Origin: Gemmatimonadaceae bacterium
GTDB taxonomy: Bacteria; Gemmatimonadota; Gemmatimonadetes; Gemmatimonadales; Gemmatimonadaceae
Direction: 5' to 3'
Assembly (NCBI GenBank): GCA_045803545.1
Contig: JBJMOW010000002.1
Coordinates: 192,001-256,000 of the forward strand
DNA length: 64,000 bases
Shown here: one piece after another, positions 1-10,012 of the stretch
Layout of the letters: each line of letters starts with the position of its first letter
How positions within the stretch are numbered: position 1 is the stretch's first letter
Notes under the pieces: model-generated
The model's input: the letters and a program-made list of their open reading frames with translations, nothing else
Told to the model about the DNA's origin: nothing
The model's database searches: none
Program-made: the position numbers and the translations under genes

Positions 1-94
1 CAGCTACCGCGGAGTAGCTGCCGAGCACGGGTGCGATCTGCCGTCCGGCGTCTTCCCAGGCGATTGGGCGCCCGCCGGACACGCGGGCGTTCAA
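1..94 (-). CDS. 5' end of a gene running off the window (hypothetical protein)
   Basis: A TTG at 94 overlaps the stop of the upstream gene (TTGA). The frame is open to the window edge: MNARVSGGRPIAWEDAGRQIAPVLGSYSAVA. Confidence 0.4.
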   Translation of the reverse strand, partial: MNARVSGGRPIAWEDAGRQIAPVLGSYSAVA

Positions 95-1560
95 GGGGAG
101 CCCTCGTAAATCCAGTAGTCGCGCTTCGACGCGCGACCGACCCGATCGGCTTCATCGCGCGTGGCGAAAGGTCCGAGCACGACTCGATAGATCGGCGAGC
201 CCGCAGTGCTTGTCGATACGACGTGCGCGGTGTTTCCGCCGACCTTGATCGTCATCGCCGTTTGCTGCGCTTTATCCTCACTCAACAGCGCGGCGAACGA
301 AACCATGAATCCAGTCGTTGGTGTCGTCGGCGGATTGACGGCTGCAGGCCGAGTGGTGTCTGGCGCGGGATTCGTGGGAAGCGTGCTCGAGGCTCCGGAG
401 CTGGCTGTGCCAGTATCGACGATGCTGTCAGACGGAAACGTCACCGGTTGATCAAGTCCTAGTGCGCGCGGCTTGAATCCGTCCCACGCAAAGAAGTACC
501 AGAAATCCTTTCCGCCGCCTGCGATCGTCGACTTTGCAGCAAGCTTGACCGGATCTATCAGGATTACGTCTTTTCCGGAGAGCGTAGCCAGCTGGCCTTC
601 GGGCGTAATAGCGGGTAGATCCGTGTCCCACTTGGTCGGTATAGCGCCGATCAGCCGGTTGTTGCCAATCTCGATCACCCACGCGGAATCGCCTTTGGGG
701 AACTCCGCCAGCAAATAACGTCCTAACGCATCCATGCGCAGATCAAGCGGCGGTGCGGGCAGCGCAAGACCTTGCCCCACGTTGCCACTGTAGCGATCGG
801 CCACCGAAAGAGAGCTGTCGGCCACTGTCGCGATGTAAATGCGATCACCACTCGGCGTCGGAGCCAATGTTCGGACGCGACTAGGCAACTGAATCGCACC
901 CACCGGCGACAGATCTTTCGCTTTCACGCCGACGAGCCCGCTGTCGACAGTGAAATAAATCCTGTCACCGACCTGGGTGCGCACCGCGCGACCGGAGAGC
1001 GGCAGCACTGCACTGTCCTGAACGACGTCATCCGGGGGATGGACCTTCCAGACGAGCGTCTGCGCGCCGTTGTTGGCGGTGACGATGAGATCACCGTTTG
1101 GCTGCGCGAAGACGGCGCGCGCGGGTATTGGCGGCTTGAAATGCCAGTCGGCTGCGGTTGGGTTGAGGCGGACGATTTCGCCTTTTGGATTTATTCCGTA
1201 GATATCCGTGCCATTCGCCGACGTCAGCGAGGTGAGCTTGGCGCGCGACGCTTTTCCGATGTCGGTCTCACGAAGATCGATGCGTCCTGGAAATCCCTTC
1301 GTGTCAACGAAAGCGATCGTGCCCTGATCCGGATCGAAGCCGAGCACTTTCTCGACTGACGGCACTTCGTCGACAACCCAGACGGCGGAGTCGAGATTCG
1401 GATAGCGATAGACCCGACCAGTTCCTCCCGCGCGAGGAACGCGCAGGAGCAACTGCTCGGGTCCATGATTTTCAGCTACCTGGACATTAGTGCTGTCAGG
1501 CGCTGCTCTTTCCTTTGAGCAGGCTGCAAAGAGCAGCGCCAGCAGTACGAAGCGACGCAA
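91..1560 (-). CDS. SPOR domain-containing lipoprotein with a beta-propeller-like N-terminal region
   Basis: Lipobox LFAAC, Ser/Thr/Pro linker, and C-terminal SPOR motif YRVVLGPFATRDEA. Confidence 0.8.
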   Translation of the reverse strand: MRRFVLLALLFAACSKERAAPDSTNVQVAENHGPEQLLLRVPRAGGTGRVYRYPNLDSAVWVVDEVPSVEKVLGFDPDQGTIAFVDTKGFPGRIDLRETDIGKASRAKLTSLTSANGTDIYGINPKGEIVRLNPTAADWHFKPPIPARAVFAQPNGDLIVTANNGAQTLVWKVHPPDDVVQDSAVLPLSGRAVRTQVGDRIYFTVDSGLVGVKAKDLSPVGAIQLPSRVRTLAPTPSGDRIYIATVADSSLSVADRYSGNVGQGLALPAPPLDLRMDALGRYLLAEFPKGDSAWVIEIGNNRLIGAIPTKWDTDLPAITPEGQLATLSGKDVILIDPVKLAAKSTIAGGGKDFWYFFAWDGFKPRALGLDQPVTFPSDSIVDTGTASSGASSTLPTNPAPDTTRPAAVNPPTTPTTGFMVSFAALLSEDKAQQTAMTIKVGGNTAHVVSTSTAGSPIYRVVLGPFATRDEADRVGRASKRDYWIYEGSP

Positions 1561-1563
1561 CGG

Positions 1564-4500
1564 TTAGTAGCTAGCTCCGAGTGAGAAGGTCCAGTTCGGT
1601 TTGCGACCCGTCGACAGCGGGATCGCATAATCCCAGCGCAAAATTGCCAGGTTGAAGAGGTTTACGCGCAATCCCCCGCCGTAGCTGGTCAGCGGATAAC
1701 GATTGAGGTTCGGATCGTTGTTGTCCGGCGCGCGCCCGAGGTGTGGCGATTGACCGCTACTCCATGCGAGCCCGGCGTCGTAGAAAATGAGGCCATCTAC
1801 CGGCGGTAACCCAAAACTGCTCCCGATATCGAAACGGCGAATGATCGGGAATCGAACTTCGGCGTTGGCGACAAGGACTCTGCTACCCGCCAACTGCGCG
1901 TTATTACACGTCGTCTGAGAGTTCAATACCGAAGTGCAATCGTAAAAGTTGAAGTTCTCACGATCGTACCCGCGAACGAAATCGGGCCGACCGATGTACT
2001 TCGGGAATAATCCTTCGTCCGGCCCGACAGAGATCGAGCTCATGAATCTCGTAGCGAAGGTAAGCGTGTTGAAGATGATCGGATCGTAGCGGCGATAATC
2101 GGCGAGAAAATCGCTGAAGTTTACGTTGCCCATGCTATGTCCCGCCTGGAACCGCATCCGTCGTCCCATAATCGGGCCAGTCACACCGAACAAGGTGTTG
2201 TCGGAGACAAACGCAGCGGACGGCGTGACGTAATTCAACGTCTTGAAAGACGTATCTGTCTTGAACTGGACGTCGGTGCAGTAGCCAGCCAGACTGCAAT
2301 CCTGAAAAACGCGCATGACGCTCTGGCCAATGCTATTGAATTGAGCACCCGTCTCGAAGCGACTGAATCGGTTGAACGGGTACTGGCCGATCAGGAACAC
2401 GTTGCGCATCACGTAACGCAGGTAATCGGTCTCGAATCGAACGGCGCCGTTGTCCAGCTGCTTTGTGCCGCCGGCGATCGGGATGTAAACAGGGTCCTGT
2501 GAGACACCTGTCGTGTACTGCAGCCGGTGACTGAGATTGGCATACCCAACGAACGCGCTCGCATCGCTCAGCCTGCCGTAGACATTGCCCGCGACAGCCA
2601 ACTGATGGTTGCCGAGCAGATCGCTGAATACGAACGCCGTTCCGCCGGCAAACATGCCCCCGTAACTCGGTGTGTAACCGACAGACGGATCGGCGATGTA
2701 GTCCGGGTGGAAGGATGCGTGATAAGGATGCTCCTTGAACCGCGCCGTGTCGGGCAAACCGTACAAAGGATCTGCGTTGAGTGAAGAAATGCTGGGCGGC
2801 AGATCAGCCACCAACTCCTGTGTCGGCAGCACCGACGACTGACGCGAGCCAGCCGGCGCGCGATAGGTCGAGGTTGGCTCCCCCGCGCGCGGACGCAGCG
2901 TTGAATCAATCGGCGTAACTGTCGCCGGAGTGGCTGTGACCGCGTTGGCCGCGACAGTGTTGTTCTGGCCGGGCACAAATGCGGCGCGCTTCAATCCGGT
3001 CGGGTGATCGAACGCCCACACCGTGTAATCGCCGCGCTCGAAGTACGTGTACGCCATGCGATCCGCGCCACGCGCCCACGTGATCGCCGGGCTGTACTCG
3101 GTGATGGCACTCACGCCGCCGAGCACGTTGGTGATCTGATAGTGCTGTTGCGACGCGAAATCGTAGAGGAAGATGTTCGGCACGCCGGTGCGGTCGGATA
3201 CGAACGCGAGCTCGCGCCCGTCGGGCGACCACTGTGGATTGAGATTCAATCCATCCTGACCTGGCAAGTTGGTCACCTGCCCGCTGGCAATGTCCAATAC
3301 CGCGATTTGCCACTTGGTCAGCTTGAGGATCTTGAGGTCACTCTGCGGAGTCCGATCTGTTGCGAAGGCGATGCGCGTGCCGTCGGGCGACCACGATGGC
3401 TGCAGATCGGCGTACTCGTCGTTGGTGAGCTGACGAAGATTGCTGCCGTCGACATTCACTATGAAAATGTCGGTGATGCCGCCGTGCGTCCCGCTGAAGG
3501 CGATCTGCCTATCATCGGGTGAGAACACGGGACTCCACACCGCGTCGACCGGCAAATCGAGGCGTTTCTTAACGTTGGCGGACGCGACATCGAGCAAGTA
3601 GAGCACGTCCTTGCCCTGCCGCTCACCCGTAAATGCGAGAGTTTTGCCGTCGTTCGAGAATGAGCTCTGGGAGTAGAGCAGCCGCAGCTCTTCGAAATTC
3701 GGATTGGTAGTGCTGTTTACGAGGCGCTTGATGCGTTTGCCGGTGCGCGCGTCGGCGAGCCAGAGATCGATAAAGACTTCGCCGCGCTTCATGCTGCCGT
3801 TGGACAGGAAGGCAATCAGGTTGCCGTCATGCGAAAGGGCAGGCGCGAGGAAGATCTGACCGCCGCTCTTTCTCTCGGTGAGGAGCGGCTGCGAGAATGT
3901 GCGCGGGCGATCGAGGACAGCTGCCTGCGGCAGGTACTTCGCGTTCATCGCCTCGCGCCAGTCATCGCTCAGCTCGTGCAACGTGAGGCCGAGCTGACGC
4001 TGAAATGCGCGCGCGATACCGAGGGTAGTTACGTTCTGCAGGATTTCGCCGATTGCAGCGTCGCCCCAGCGCGCACCGATGTATTCCCACAGCGATTCAC
4101 CGTAACGATACGGGAAGTACTGATCCGGGCGCTCCGTCATCTGCTCGATCGTCGGCAGCGTTCCGTTGACGACAGCGTCTCGAATCCACGTCTCTGTCAG
4201 CAGGTGATTCGGGCCGCTCGACAGATACTCCGCCATGCCTTCCATGAACCACAGTGGCGGGTCGATCTGATTCAGGGTTTGAAGATTCGCACCCGCCTTG
4301 CCGCGAGCGAAAATGTCGAACTGGAACTCGTGCACCATTTCGTGGGTGAGCACGTGTTCGAAACTCTCGAGATCGCCCGTCATCGGGAAAATCATTCGGT
4401 GACGCAGAGGCTCGGTGACACCGCCGGTACCTTCACCAAGGTCGCCGGTCACGTTGTTCTGGCCGAACTCGGAGCGGGAGGAGAAGACGATGATTGGCTT

Positions 4501-4746
4501 CTTCTCGCGGAACTGGTGGTCAAGCACCTTCGACAGGCGAGCGTACGAACGCTCGGCCATGCGCGCGGCTTCCATCGCGCCGGCGCGCTCTTCCGGATAG
4601 TAGTGGATCGACCAGTGCTCGGTCTCGATTACGCGCCAGTCGAAGTGTTTGTACTGAACCTGATTCATGCCGAAGTACTGCTGTGCATCGAGACGAGCCC
4701 CGACCAGCAGCGCCAGCACGACCAAAGTTGCCCGAACCGCTTTCAT
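1564..4746 (-). CDS. Omp85/BamA-TamA family outer membrane protein with an N-terminal zinc-peptidase-like domain and PD40/TolB repeats
   Basis: Signal peptide, HEMVH...EGMAEY motif, repeated PxWSPDG motifs, and a C-terminal barrel (FVRGY; ends WTFSLGASY). Confidence 0.8.
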   Translation of the reverse strand: MKAVRATLVVLALLVGARLDAQQYFGMNQVQYKHFDWRVIETEHWSIHYYPEERAGAMEAARMAERSYARLSKVLDHQFREKKPIIVFSSRSEFGQNNVTGDLGEGTGGVTEPLRHRMIFPMTGDLESFEHVLTHEMVHEFQFDIFARGKAGANLQTLNQIDPPLWFMEGMAEYLSSGPNHLLTETWIRDAVVNGTLPTIEQMTERPDQYFPYRYGESLWEYIGARWGDAAIGEILQNVTTLGIARAFQRQLGLTLHELSDDWREAMNAKYLPQAAVLDRPRTFSQPLLTERKSGGQIFLAPALSHDGNLIAFLSNGSMKRGEVFIDLWLADARTGKRIKRLVNSTTNPNFEELRLLYSQSSFSNDGKTLAFTGERQGKDVLYLLDVASANVKKRLDLPVDAVWSPVFSPDDRQIAFSGTHGGITDIFIVNVDGSNLRQLTNDEYADLQPSWSPDGTRIAFATDRTPQSDLKILKLTKWQIAVLDIASGQVTNLPGQDGLNLNPQWSPDGRELAFVSDRTGVPNIFLYDFASQQHYQITNVLGGVSAITEYSPAITWARGADRMAYTYFERGDYTVWAFDHPTGLKRAAFVPGQNNTVAANAVTATPATVTPIDSTLRPRAGEPTSTYRAPAGSRQSSVLPTQELVADLPPSISSLNADPLYGLPDTARFKEHPYHASFHPDYIADPSVGYTPSYGGMFAGGTAFVFSDLLGNHQLAVAGNVYGRLSDASAFVGYANLSHRLQYTTGVSQDPVYIPIAGGTKQLDNGAVRFETDYLRYVMRNVFLIGQYPFNRFSRFETGAQFNSIGQSVMRVFQDCSLAGYCTDVQFKTDTSFKTLNYVTPSAAFVSDNTLFGVTGPIMGRRMRFQAGHSMGNVNFSDFLADYRRYDPIIFNTLTFATRFMSSISVGPDEGLFPKYIGRPDFVRGYDRENFNFYDCTSVLNSQTTCNNAQLAGSRVLVANAEVRFPIIRRFDIGSSFGLPPVDGLIFYDAGLAWSSGQSPHLGRAPDNNDPNLNRYPLTSYGGGLRVNLFNLAILRWDYAIPLSTGRKPNWTFSLGASY

Positions 4747-4752
4747 TGTGAC

Positions 4753-5133
4753 CTACTCCTGTGGTTCCAACGCCACCGTTTCCGCATCGCTCCACAAGCG
4801 CTCTATCTGATAGAACGACCGAAGCGTGGGATGGAAGATGTGAACTACAAAATCAAAGAAATCGAGTAACACCCATCGGCCCTGCGGTAACCCTTCCGTG
4901 TGGTGCACGTTCACGCCTGCCTTCTTCATCTCCGCAATCACACTCTCGCCGATGGATCTCACGTGGGTGTCGGAGGTTCCGCTCGCAATGACGAAGTAGT
5001 CAGTCATATCGGTGACGCCAGCAAGATTCAGAATGACGACGTCGTTGGCTTTCATGTCCAGGCAAGCCTGGGCGGCGCGCTGCACTCTTTGCGCGCTCTC
5101 GCGAGCAGTTACAGATGGTAGGGATGTGGCCAT
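4753..5133 (-). CDS. rsfS: Ribosome silencing factor RsfS (Iojap)
   Basis: Motifs KANDV, DYFVIASG, WVLLD, VVHIF and R.FY.IE.LW. Start trimmed to the ATG at 5133. Confidence 0.95.
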   Translation of the reverse strand: MATSLPSVTARESAQRVQRAAQACLDMKANDVVILNLAGVTDMTDYFVIASGTSDTHVRSIGESVIAEMKKAGVNVHHTEGLPQGRWVLLDFFDFVVHIFHPTLRSFYQIERLWSDAETVALEPQE

Positions 5134-5249
5134 GCGGTTCGGTAAAGGTTTATGGCGGCTCGTCGGCCGATACCTGCTATGTAGCTTATCCGTCGCGTCA
5201 AAGTTCCGTGAGGGGTAAGAAAACGCATTTCGCTTGCCACTTACGCGAT

Positions 5250-5291
5250 AAAAAAAGACCTGGCCGTCCATGCGTATAGGACAACCAGGTC
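5250..5291 (-). terminator. Intrinsic terminator after rplI
   Basis: On the minus strand, GACCTGG-TT-GTCC...GGAC-GG-CCAGGTC is followed by a T7 run. Confidence 0.75.
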
Positions 5292-5313
5292 ATCTCTTTC
5301 CCCCCAACGAGAA

Positions 5314-5757
5314 CTACTGCTTGATGACCCAGACTTTGATCTCCGGGTGAACATCGGCATGCAGCCGGATCGGTACGCGATAGACGCCCAGGGCGCGAAT
5401 CGGCTCGTGCAGATCGATCTGACGCCTCTCGACGTGGTAACCCTGAGCTTCCAGTTGGTGAGCGATGTCAGCAGTAGTCACCGAACCGAAGAGCTTGCCT
5501 TCCTCGCCAACCCGCGCGGAAAATGTGAGCGAGACCTGCTCGAGTTTGGTCGCCTGCTCTGACGCCGTTGTTCGTCTTTGCTCTTCGGCCTGCTCCAGCC
5601 GCTGACGCTCCTGCTCGATACGCTTGCGGTTACCAGCCGTCGCTTCATACGCGAAACCGCGTGGCAGCAAGTAATTGCGTGCGTAACCAGCCGAAACCTT
5701 CACGATGTCACCGGGGTGACCGAGGCTTTCAACTGCTTGTCTGAGTATGACTTCCAT
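5314..5757 (-). CDS. rplI: 50S ribosomal protein L9
   Basis: MEVIL...GYARNYLLP...GKLFGSVT; 147 aa from the ATG at 5757. Confidence 0.97.
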   Translation of the reverse strand: MEVILRQAVESLGHPGDIVKVSAGYARNYLLPRGFAYEATAGNRKRIEQERQRLEQAEEQRRTTASEQATKLEQVSLTFSARVGEEGKLFGSVTTADIAHQLEAQGYHVERRQIDLHEPIRALGVYRVPIRLHADVHPEIKVWVIKQ

Positions 5758-5818
5758 GTCGCGTAATTCCTTTGCGTTGTCGTTTTGAACGTAATGATAG
5801 TCGAAAAATCGCTGTTGC

Positions 5819-6829
5819 CTATGGCGAACTTGTTTTGACGCGCTTGCGCAGGTCGAGCCAGGTATCGCCGAGGCCGAGCGCAAGTGTCACAGGTACGTAA
5901 ACGGGGGGATAAAGGCTGAGCAGAAACACCACCAGCCATCGTCCCTTCAGCATCCAGGCGAGCACGCCGGTGCCACGCAGCAAATACAGGATTCCGAAGA
6001 AGAGAAGCAGATTGTACCCCGCGTTTCTGCCTTCCTCGAATTGCGGCAGCAGACAAAGCGTGGCGCCGACAGCCAGTCCCCAGATCAGCTGGTCATTGAA
6101 TCGAAAGTCCACGAGCCGGCCGAGGGCTGGCCCGATCTGTATTGGAGATAAACGGCGGTAGACGGCCCAACCGAGGCCCAAGGCTATCAACGACTCGAGC
6201 GCGAGCAGAGCCGGAAGAAGTGATGCAGTGTGAGCGGGTATCTCGCGCATCAGCACTTCCGCTTCGTCGTAACCGGCGTCGATAGTCGGGAACCGCGTAG
6301 CGAAATCCTGCCATTCCGTTGTACTGCGCCGGTCTTCAACGAGTTGAATCGAGCTCGACACCCGGCGGGCAAACTCTTCATCGGCTGCGTGCTCGAAGCG
6401 CGCGATTCCACTCGAGGATGAAAGCGCGACAATGAATCCAATGCCCAGCGCGAGGCCGACCGCGAATAGTGCGCGAGTGAAGAAAGGCATCGCCTCGCTC
6501 CACAGACTGACCAGGCCGAATGAAGCAGCGAGTAGCAGCGCCCAGCCGCGCGCCATCACGTCGTACTGACTACCCGGCGATCCGGCCGGCTGCAGAAGTA
6601 TCCACAGACTGAGCGTGAGCCAGATGACTACCAGTGCCGCACGCGCACCGAGCCGCCACCCAACGATCGCGCACGTGGCCACGATTGGCACCAGCAACAG
6701 GAGTGACTCCTGAATCGGAGCCATTGCTTCCAGGTAAGGCAGATGCGGGCCGGCGAGAAAAGCGGCCAAACCCCAGAGGAGCGGCCACCACGATTCCTTC
6801 TTTGCGCTCGTCGTGGCGGCCGTCGCCAT
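5819..6829 (-). CDS. DUF2232/YybS-like membrane protein
   Basis: Multi-TM protein ending LGLGDTWLDLR, in the usual position between rpsR and rplI. Confidence 0.7.
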   Translation of the reverse strand: MATAATTSAKKESWWPLLWGLAAFLAGPHLPYLEAMAPIQESLLLLVPIVATCAIVGWRLGARAALVVIWLTLSLWILLQPAGSPGSQYDVMARGWALLLAASFGLVSLWSEAMPFFTRALFAVGLALGIGFIVALSSSSGIARFEHAADEEFARRVSSSIQLVEDRRSTTEWQDFATRFPTIDAGYDEAEVLMREIPAHTASLLPALLALESLIALGLGWAVYRRLSPIQIGPALGRLVDFRFNDQLIWGLAVGATLCLLPQFEEGRNAGYNLLLFFGILYLLRGTGVLAWMLKGRWLVVFLLSLYPPVYVPVTLALGLGDTWLDLRKRVKTSSP

Positions 6830-7051
6830 CTAGACCTGATGACCTCGAATGTACGGAATCAGCGCAAGGAAGCGCGCGCGCTTGATTGCCGTCGCCAGCT
6901 GACGCTGATGACGCGCGCAAACTCCACTAAGACGCGAGGGGAGGATCTTGCCCTGGTCCGTGATGAAGCGTCCGAGTGTGCGGTCATCCTTATAGTCGAC
7001 CCAGCGAACGCGGCTCTCGCAGAAAGGGCAGCTCTTTTGTTGTCTTCTCAT
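6830..7051 (-). CDS. rpsR: 30S ribosomal protein S18 (Zn-binding C+ type)
   Basis: CPFC...DYKD...GKILP.R.SG.CA.HQR...AIKRAR.LAL.PY. Confidence 0.97.
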   Translation of the reverse strand: MRRQQKSCPFCESRVRWVDYKDDRTLGRFITDQGKILPSRLSGVCARHQRQLATAIKRARFLALIPYIRGHQV

Positions 7052-7057
7052 TGTGGA

Positions 7058-7420
7058 TTAATCCTCGTCGTCGTCATCGTCGTCGCGGCGCGTAGCGGCA
7101 ACGAGATCTTCTTCAGACTGCGGCGGAGCACCGACTTCGTGTTCGTGCAGCGTGAGCAGGTAGCGAATGATCCCATCGTCCAGCCTGAGCGCTCTCTCGT
7201 ACTCCGGGAGCACCTTCGGCTCGGCGTTGAATTTCGAGACGACGTAATAGCCGTTCTCGCGCGAGCCGATCGAGTAGGCGAGCTGGCGCCGGCCCCAATG
7301 GGCGACTTCCGGCTTCTCGGCTGTGCCGAGGAGGCCATGGAAGCGGTTGATCTTGTCGTTGATGGCGGCGTCTTCGAGTGTTGAATCGAAGATGTAGACC
7401 GCCTCGTAGGTGCGAGGCAC
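7058..7420 (-). CDS. rpsF: 30S ribosomal protein S6
   Basis: YE..YI...WGRRQLAY.I...GYY with an acidic tail. The GTG at 7420 lies 7 nt after AGGAGG; TTG 7426 is an alternative start. Confidence 0.95.
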   Translation of the reverse strand: MPRTYEAVYIFDSTLEDAAINDKINRFHGLLGTAEKPEVAHWGRRQLAYSIGSRENGYYVVSKFNAEPKVLPEYERALRLDDGIIRYLLTLHEHEVGAPPQSEEDLVAATRRDDDDDDED

Positions 7421-7485
7421 TGGCAATCCTCCTTTTGGTCGTAGTCCGCCCCCCGCTGGTTGCCGGAGCAGGGGGAAGGTGTGAA
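7421..7485 (-). promoter_or_regulatory. Candidate S6:S18 ribosomal protein leader RNA
   Basis: CCUUCC can pair with the SD GGAGG. There is an inner hairpin CCCUGCU/AGCGGGG, and GACCAAAAGGAGG places an unpaired CCR just before the SD, as in described S6:S18 leaders. Confidence 0.45.
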
Positions 7486-7671
7486 GGCCGAAAGTGTTCG
7501 GCCGTTTTGAGAGTGGGGAAGCTAGTCGGACACGGCCTCTAATTCAACCGAAGTCGACGCCCGCCGCGTATACGAGACTGCTCGCCGCGAAGGTGTGGTA
7601 ACTGGCGAAAACAGTCTTTATGTGCCCAGCCTGCGGTCTAGGTTCTAGCCTGCGCCCTTCCGGAGGTTTAC

Positions 7672-8157
7672 ATGCGCAGGAAAACCGTTGGACTCGCCGC
7701 TGGAATTGTCGGAGCGGCAATAATCGCGTTCGTCGTGGCGAGCTGCAGCGACAGCACTTCGCCAGGCAACAAAACCTACATCGCCAATCTTTCACCGGCG
7801 AACGAGGTGCCGGCGAAGACAACGACAGGTACAGGGGTCGCAACGTTTGTCGATCTCGGAAGCGAGATCGATTGGACGCTCGACCTGACCAACATGACGG
7901 GGGTCACGGCGTCGCATATTCATGGGCCGGCCGCGGTTGGAGTGAATACCGGCGTCATTATCAATCTCTTCCTGCCCAATGTTGCAACAGCGACGCTTAA
8001 CGGTGTCGTCGCACACGGCACGATCACGAACGCCAACAACGCCAATATTTCGCTTGACTCACTCCGCACGTTGTTCAACAACGGCAACGCTTACGTCAAC
8101 GTCCACACGACGGTGAATCCTGGCGGCGAGATTCGCGATCAGGTTCACCCGAGGTAG
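7672..8157 (+). CDS. CHRD domain-containing (lipo)protein
   Basis: NEVP, SHIHGPA and YVNVHT..NPGGEIR motifs; SD GGAGG; signal peptide ending in Cys. Confidence 0.9.
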   Translation: MRRKTVGLAAGIVGAAIIAFVVASCSDSTSPGNKTYIANLSPANEVPAKTTTGTGVATFVDLGSEIDWTLDLTNMTGVTASHIHGPAAVGVNTGVIINLFLPNVATATLNGVVAHGTITNANNANISLDSLRTLFNNGNAYVNVHTTVNPGGEIRDQVHPR

Positions 8158-8166
8158 ATCGGTCGA

Positions 8167-9267
8167 TTAGACGTTGAATCGGAAGAGGAGTACGTCGCCA
8201 TCCTGGACGACGTACTCCTTTCCTTCTGAGCGCACCACTCCCTTCTCGCGCGCTCCTTTCCATCCGTCGTTGTCGACGAACGAATCGTAAGACACCGTTT
8301 CGGCGCGAATGAAACCGCGCTCGAAATCCGTGTGAATCACGGCGGCTGCTTTTGGCGCCGTGTCGCCACGATGAATCGTCCACGCACGCACTTCCTGCTC
8401 ACCGGCAGTGAAGTAAGTCTCGAGGCCCAGCAGCTTGTATCCGGCTCGAATCAGCCGGTCGAGCCCAGCTGACTCGAGCCCGAGCGAGGCAAGAAAATCT
8501 GCACGATCTTCCGACGGCAGCTCGGCCAACTCCGCTTCGATCTTGGCGGAGAACGGAACCACCTCGGCCTGCTCGCCGCTCTTTCGCACGGCGTCTCGCA
8601 GCGCCTTGAGGTGCTTGCCTTCGTCGCCCGATAGCTCCGCGTCGCTGACGTTGGCCGCGTAAAGAACGGGCTTGGTGGTCATGAGCGTCAACGGCGCGAG
8701 CAGCGCTTTCTCGCTGTCGGTCAGGCGCGCTTCCCAGAGTCCTTTGCCTTCCTTTAGAAAGTCGTAGGCTTTTTCGAGCACCGGCAACTCCGCCAGTGCT
8801 TCCTTGTCGCCGGTGCGCGCCGAGCGACGCGTTTTGTCGAGTCTTTTTTCCAACGAAGAGAGATCGGCGAGAGCGAGCTCGAACTCGATGACTTCGCGAT
8901 CACGCACCGGATCAACCGCGCCCATCACGTGCGTGACGTCGGGATCCTCGAAGCAGCGCACGACGTGAACGATTGCATCGGTCTCTCGAATGTTGGACAG
9001 GAACTTGTTGCCAAGGCCTTCGCCCTGTGCCGCGCCTTTGACGAGACCAGCGATATCCACGAACTGAACCACGGCCGGAACCGTCTTCTTTGGACTAACG
9101 ATCTCTGTGAGCTTCTGCAGTCGGCGATCCGGAACCTCGACCATTCCCACGTTGGGCTCGACGGTGCAGAACGGATAATTCGCAGCTTCCGCCTTGGCAG
9201 CGGTGAGCGCGTTGAACAGAGTTGATTTGCCGACGTTCGGAAGGCCGACAATTCCTAGCTTTAACAT
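8167..9267 (-). CDS. ychF: Redox-regulated ATPase YchF
   Basis: [30 protein letters not shown] and a C-terminal TGS domain. Confidence 0.98.
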   Translation of the reverse strand: MLKLGIVGLPNVGKSTLFNALTAAKAEAANYPFCTVEPNVGMVEVPDRRLQKLTEIVSPKKTVPAVVQFVDIAGLVKGAAQGEGLGNKFLSNIRETDAIVHVVRCFEDPDVTHVMGAVDPVRDREVIEFELALADLSSLEKRLDKTRRSARTGDKEALAELPVLEKAYDFLKEGKGLWEARLTDSEKALLAPLTLMTTKPVLYAANVSDAELSGDEGKHLKALRDAVRKSGEQAEVVPFSAKIEAELAELPSEDRADFLASLGLESAGLDRLIRAGYKLLGLETYFTAGEQEVRAWTIHRGDTAPKAAAVIHTDFERGFIRAETVSYDSFVDNDGWKGAREKGVVRSEGKEYVVQDGDVLLFRFNV

Positions 9268-9286
9268 TGATGCGGAAAGTAATAGA

Positions 9287-9414
9287 GAGGGATTGAGGCG
9301 TTCGGACCAGTACCATTGCTGACTGCGGATTAATTGAGGGGTGCGGAAGATCCGAATCCCTCAATTAGTCCGCACTTCGGACTGGCAGTTGGCCGAACGC
9401 CTCAATCCTCAGTC
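9287..9414. repeat. Nested palindromic element (MITE/REP-like), copy 1
   Basis: A 16-bp perfect inverted repeat at 9290-9305/9393-9408, plus an inner inverted repeat at 9324-9340/9358-9374. Confidence 0.75.
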
Positions 9415-9998
9415 TGCGGCGGCCGGCGGTTGAAGAGATTCATCGCCTTCTCGATTCCTTCACTAAGCCACGTCTCAACCAGCTCCGTCATCCGCGGCAT
9501 CAATGCGAGAATGTCTTCGCGCTCGTCTCGGGCAAACGGCGCCAACACGAAATCGGCGAGATTCGGATAAATCCCTTTTCTTTCTTCGCTCGGTCCAACC
9601 CCGATGCGAAGCCGCGGGTATTCACGCGTGCCGAGTGAATGCTCGATGCTCTTGAGTCCGTTGTGTCCACCCGCGCTCCCGTTTGCGCGGAGGCGGATGA
9701 CGCCGACGGGCAGCTGGACCTCATCGACCGCGATCAACAAATCCTTGGCAGGACTCCAGAACGGGCGCCGCACGAAATTCTTGAGCGCCTGCCCGCTCAG
9801 GTTCATGTAGGTCTGCGGCTTTACCAGGCGAACCTTTACTCCGCCCACGGTGCCGTTGGCGACCTGGGACTCGCCGTCCTTTTTCCAGCTGTCAAAACGC
9901 CAAACGTCGGCGAGGTGGTCGATCAACCACCAGCCGACGTTGTGTCGTGTCGGAGCGTATTCGCGGCCCGGATTCCCGAGACCGACTATGACTTTCAA
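9402..9998 (-). CDS. pth: Peptidyl-tRNA hydrolase
   Basis: GLGNPG.EY..TRHNVG, KPQTYMNLSG and GGHNGLKS motifs. Confidence 0.97.
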   Translation of the reverse strand: MKVIVGLGNPGREYAPTRHNVGWWLIDHLADVWRFDSWKKDGESQVANGTVGGVKVRLVKPQTYMNLSGQALKNFVRRPFWSPAKDLLIAVDEVQLPVGVIRLRANGSAGGHNGLKSIEHSLGTREYPRLRIGVGPSEERKGIYPNLADFVLAPFARDEREDILALMPRMTELVETWLSEGIEKAMNLFNRRPPQTED

Positions 9999-10012
9999 GC
10001 GCTATCCGATAC

